Source: a virus
Lineage: Duplodnaviria; Heunggongvirae; Uroviricota; Caudoviricetes
Length of the DNA stretch: 64,000 bases
Reading direction: 5' to 3' (one strand)
Virus record (IMG/VR): IMGVR_UViG_3300037067_027627
A program made the translations under genes and the position numbers. This document shows, piece by piece, positions 61,592-64,000 of this stretch (position 1 is the stretch's first letter; every line of letters begins with the position of its first letter). The notes under the pieces were generated by a model. That model saw only the letters and a program-made list of their open reading frames with translations, did not search any database and was not told the origin of the DNA.

Positions 61592-61960
61592 TTAAACTTG
61601 TTCTGGCATTACGAGCTTGATCAACGCATAAAGGCACTCGATGACAATATCTTCTTTGGTTTGACCATCGCATACGATTATACTTTCATCAGAGAACCCG
61701 GTGATGATATCAGATAGTTTTTCTGCGCACAATGCGTGAAGCCCATCGTCTATAAAAATAGGTTGCGGGAAGTAGTTATACCCATCTTTTATAACAAGCC
61801 CGCATGATACAAGTTGCGGAAGATGATATGAAACACGCTGCTGATCCATTTTTACACGTTTAGATATATCTGATAACGTCAGCATCTTCTTGCTAAGTAC
61901 GATTGCCTTGAATATCTCGTACCGCGCGTCCATACCTTTCTGTGCCATATCACTCGTCAA
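61592..61960 (-). CDS. Winged-helix transcriptional regulator (ArsR/TrmB-like)
   Basis: LTLSDISKRVKMDQQRVSYHLPQLVSCGLV is a recognition-helix region. Confidence 0.5.
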   Translation of the reverse strand: MTSDMAQKGMDARYEIFKAIVLSKKMLTLSDISKRVKMDQQRVSYHLPQLVSCGLVIKDGYNYFPQPIFIDDGLHALCAEKLSDIITGFSDESIIVCDGQTKEDIVIECLYALIKLVMPEQV

Positions 61961-62291
61961 CTATAAATTTCACCCCACTCGGGTGTCCGGGCTTTAATTC
62001 TACTACGAATACCGGAACTTCTGTAAGCCCAAGTTCGGTGATGATTTCAAACCCTTTGTCTTCGCCAACATCGATCGGTTTTATCTTGCCAGACTTGAAT
62101 TCCTTTTTGAAATCACGTTTGGCTTCAGCACATGTTGGGCACCCTTCGGTCGTAACCAACCACCGCTGGAGAATGTCGCTCTCTTTGAACGATATTATGG
62201 TGGTGTTCTTACTTTCGTTTCCTGCTTTTCGGTTTGCCTTTTTGGGGCTTTCTCGCGGCGACTTTTTTGCGCCCTGTGGTTTGTATGCCAT
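61950..62291 (-). CDS. Hypothetical protein with a basic N-terminus
   Basis: 113-aa ORF. Confidence 0.4.
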   Translation of the reverse strand: MAYKPQGAKKSPRESPKKANRKAGNESKNTTIISFKESDILQRWLVTTEGCPTCAEAKRDFKKEFKSGKIKPIDVGEDKGFEIITELGLTEVPVFVVELKPGHPSGVKFIVDE

Positions 62292-62925
62292 GCGTTGTTT
62301 CCTCCTCGTTGATTTCTGGTGATCCCTGTTTCAGCGGATGGTATTGCTCAACAACCTCAGATACAAGTTCCTTCTGGTTTTTGTCAAGATCATCCCACTT
62401 CGCATCCGGGGGTAACTCCCCGACATCTTTTAGTTTTTGCATTGCAAGCACTTTTTCACTTGCATCAAGAATTTCACTGGTTGCTTCCCCGACAAAATCA
62501 ATTGTCTCGTTGAGTGTTCCTTTGCACACTCCGCATTTTGACAGATCCCGCGCTTTTTTCAGTTCATCAAGTGCAGTGCGTATGTGATCATTCGAATCAC
62601 GAACGTCTTTCTCGATCTTTTCGCGCGGAGATATTGTCATCGCGACTCGCGGTGGTGTGACTGGAGTTTTTTGTACAATTGCAAGTAGTCGATCATGATG
62701 TTCATTCATCTCTTTGCGCTTGTCTTCGGATGTCTCTCCGAACAATGCGTTTAAAAGACCATTCACCATCATGTCTACGCCTTTGGTTACCTGAAAACCA
62801 ACCGCATTGCCAGCACTTGTAGTTGCAGATTCGGCTATCGTAGCACGTATATCATCTATTTGCATTTTGAACACCGTCCAACACGTCATACACCTGCTTC
62901 TTAAGCCATGCCGTTCCTGCACCAT
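62209..62925 (-). CDS. Hypothetical protein
   Basis: 238 aa with a basic C-terminal tail. Confidence 0.45.
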   Translation of the reverse strand: MVQERHGLRSRCMTCWTVFKMQIDDIRATIAESATTSAGNAVGFQVTKGVDMMVNGLLNALFGETSEDKRKEMNEHHDRLLAIVQKTPVTPPRVAMTISPREKIEKDVRDSNDHIRTALDELKKARDLSKCGVCKGTLNETIDFVGEATSEILDASEKVLAMQKLKDVGELPPDAKWDDLDKNQKELVSEVVEQYHPLKQGSPEINEEETTHGIQTTGRKKVAARKPQKGKPKSRKRK

Positions 62926-63250
62926 CTGGAATATTCACAACGATATTGTAATACACTGGATGATCTTCTTTCAACCAGTTCAGTACCAGAATATCAAATC
63001 CGCCATATTGCGTCTCTACAATCTTTCTCGCATCTTCGATACCAACGGCAATTGGGTGGGGAAGGGTTTTGGCATAAGCCATGATATCCCCTTCCGCATT
63101 TCCCCACAACGACGTATTATCGTGTATCGCAGCAACGAGTTGTTTTGGCGTTGTCTCTTTTAGAGCACGATTTAACATTCCACGTATGACATCTTTCACC
63201 ATCGTGGTCATAAACCCGCCCGCCAACGCATCCTTATCAAACAACCCCAT
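62852..63250 (-). CDS. Hypothetical protein
   Basis: 132-aa ORF. Confidence 0.4.
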   Translation of the reverse strand: MGLFDKDALAGGFMTTMVKDVIRGMLNRALKETTPKQLVAAIHDNTSLWGNAEGDIMAYAKTLPHPIAVGIEDARKIVETQYGGFDILVLNWLKEDHPVYYNIVVNIPDGAGTAWLKKQVYDVLDGVQNANR

Positions 63251-63275
63251 GATATCTCCTATTACTGCGATGCCA

Positions 63276-64000
63276 TTAAATATCTTTCGGCTTGTTCTCC
63301 GTGTTTTCGGAGGATTCTACAGATCCAGATCCCCAGTCATCGCGAGTTTCGCCGGGGGTTTGCTCATTATCTCCAGACTCATTTCCTTCGGAGGGGCTTT
63401 CGTAGACTGGAAAGTCGTACTTTGGTTTTTTACTATCTCCTGATGGTTTTTGATCTGTGACACCTGATTTCGATTCTACCGGTTTTTCAGTAGAGTCGTC
63501 ATCCACATGCGTTATCTTAGGGGTAATCGCATTATACGAAGTCCCACAGGTTCCACACTTCACATGTGTATCGCCGATCTTTGAGAACATGTCGGATCCG
63601 CAAGTGGGACATGCCATCTTCACAGTTCCGTCATCCGCTTTAATACCACGCACTTTGTGCATGTCCGATTGATCCGCAGATACCGGTGCTGCTGGAGTTG
63701 TTTGAACGTCCGGAGATTGCAATATCTGTGGAGATGCTGCCGCAGATGCTGCCATTGCTGCCTGACGTGCTGCAATATCTTTTGCTGCTTCTGCTTGTAT
63801 CCGCTGAGTCTCTATGTATGCCGCAGCAACAGATTCTCCGATTTTACTTAATGCCTGTCCTGCGAGATCTCGTGTGAAAGCGCGACCCTCCTGCTTGTCC
63901 TTAAACTCAGCTTGCGAAATTTCCAGATCGTTAGCTAGTCTTTGGAGCTGGATCCTCTGTGATAATTCCTCTGAGGTATTCGCTAGTGGGGGTGCGCTGG
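63276..64000 (-). CDS. Zinc-ribbon-containing protein, N-terminus beyond the window end
   Basis: The ORF-track entry 63276..63755 starts at an internal Met. The minus-strand frame stays open from 63755 to position 64000. CPTCGSDMF...CGTCGTSY is a zinc ribbon. Confidence 0.45.
   Translation of the reverse strand, partial: SAPPLANTSEELSQRIQLQRLANDLEISQAEFKDKQEGRAFTRDLAGQALSKIGESVAAAYIETQRIQAEAAKDIAARQAAMAASAAASPQILQSPDVQTTPAAPVSADQSDMHKVRGIKADDGTVKMACPTCGSDMFSKIGDTHVKCGTCGTSYNAITPKITHVDDDSTEKPVESKSGVTDQKPSGDSKKPKYDFPVYESPSEGNESGDNEQTPGETRDDWGSGSVESSENTENKPKDI

Overview
This 64-kb window is gene-dense DNA coded mostly on the minus strand. It looks like a large archaeal virus or an integrated viral or mobile element rather than core chromosome. 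All homology and structure calls below are by eye from the sequence; none was computed.

Evidence for the virus-like, archaeal reading:
- Dozens of short Shine-Dalgarno-led ORFs, many with 4-nt ATGA stop/start overlaps.
- Many tiny Cys-rich proteins, a tyrosine integrase, a LAGLIDADG endonuclease and an HNH endonuclease.
- At least 14 tRNA genes in two minus-strand islands (471-2564 and 10251-11096), with no encoded CCA and archaeal identity elements: Gln A1:U72, Glu A73, Lys G73, His G-1:C73.

Recognisable functions:
- NAD+ salvage: nicotinamide phosphoribosyltransferase (NAMPT), plus an HD-domain/NMN-adenylyltransferase fusion.
- A Ro60/TROVE+vWA protein (Rsr-like).
- An HNH/ATP-dependent RNA ligase fusion beside a Pol-beta-type nucleotidyltransferase.
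- Two calcineurin-like phosphoesterases and a JAB/MPN metalloprotease.
- Two M20 peptidases, one inside a 768-aa fusion next to a 1461-aa ORF of unknown function.
- A papain-like protease and two HExxH zincins.
- An SPFH/band-7 protein, a class I SAM methyltransferase, an MT-A70-type N6-adenine methyltransferase and a radical-SAM enzyme.
- A PKD-domain protein and a beta-propeller repeat protein.
- Three tandem, extremely basic small paralogous proteins.

Most unusual signals:
1. A family of eight same-orientation ~40-nt intergenic repeats (22331-40797), plus one degenerate copy at ~41800. Each folds as a tRNA-like acceptor/T-arm minihelix with compensatory base changes. Each sits exactly at a gene boundary, directly after a stop codon and upstream of a conserved SD leader.
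2. A ~520-nt non-coding region directly upstream of the Ro60 homolog. It holds two tandem paralogous ~100-nt structured RNAs with Y-RNA-like architecture, GNRA and UUCG tetraloops and long terminal stems, plus a tRNA-like mini-element. The most plausible reading is an Rsr/Y-RNA module embedded in an RNA-repair and tRNA-rich gene set.
3. A ~1-kb palindrome-rich non-coding region (41760-42790) with tandem ATACTACGTAGTAT palindromes, likely an origin or operator hub.

No CRISPR array, no rRNA, and no canonical structural or replication genes are recognisable in this window.
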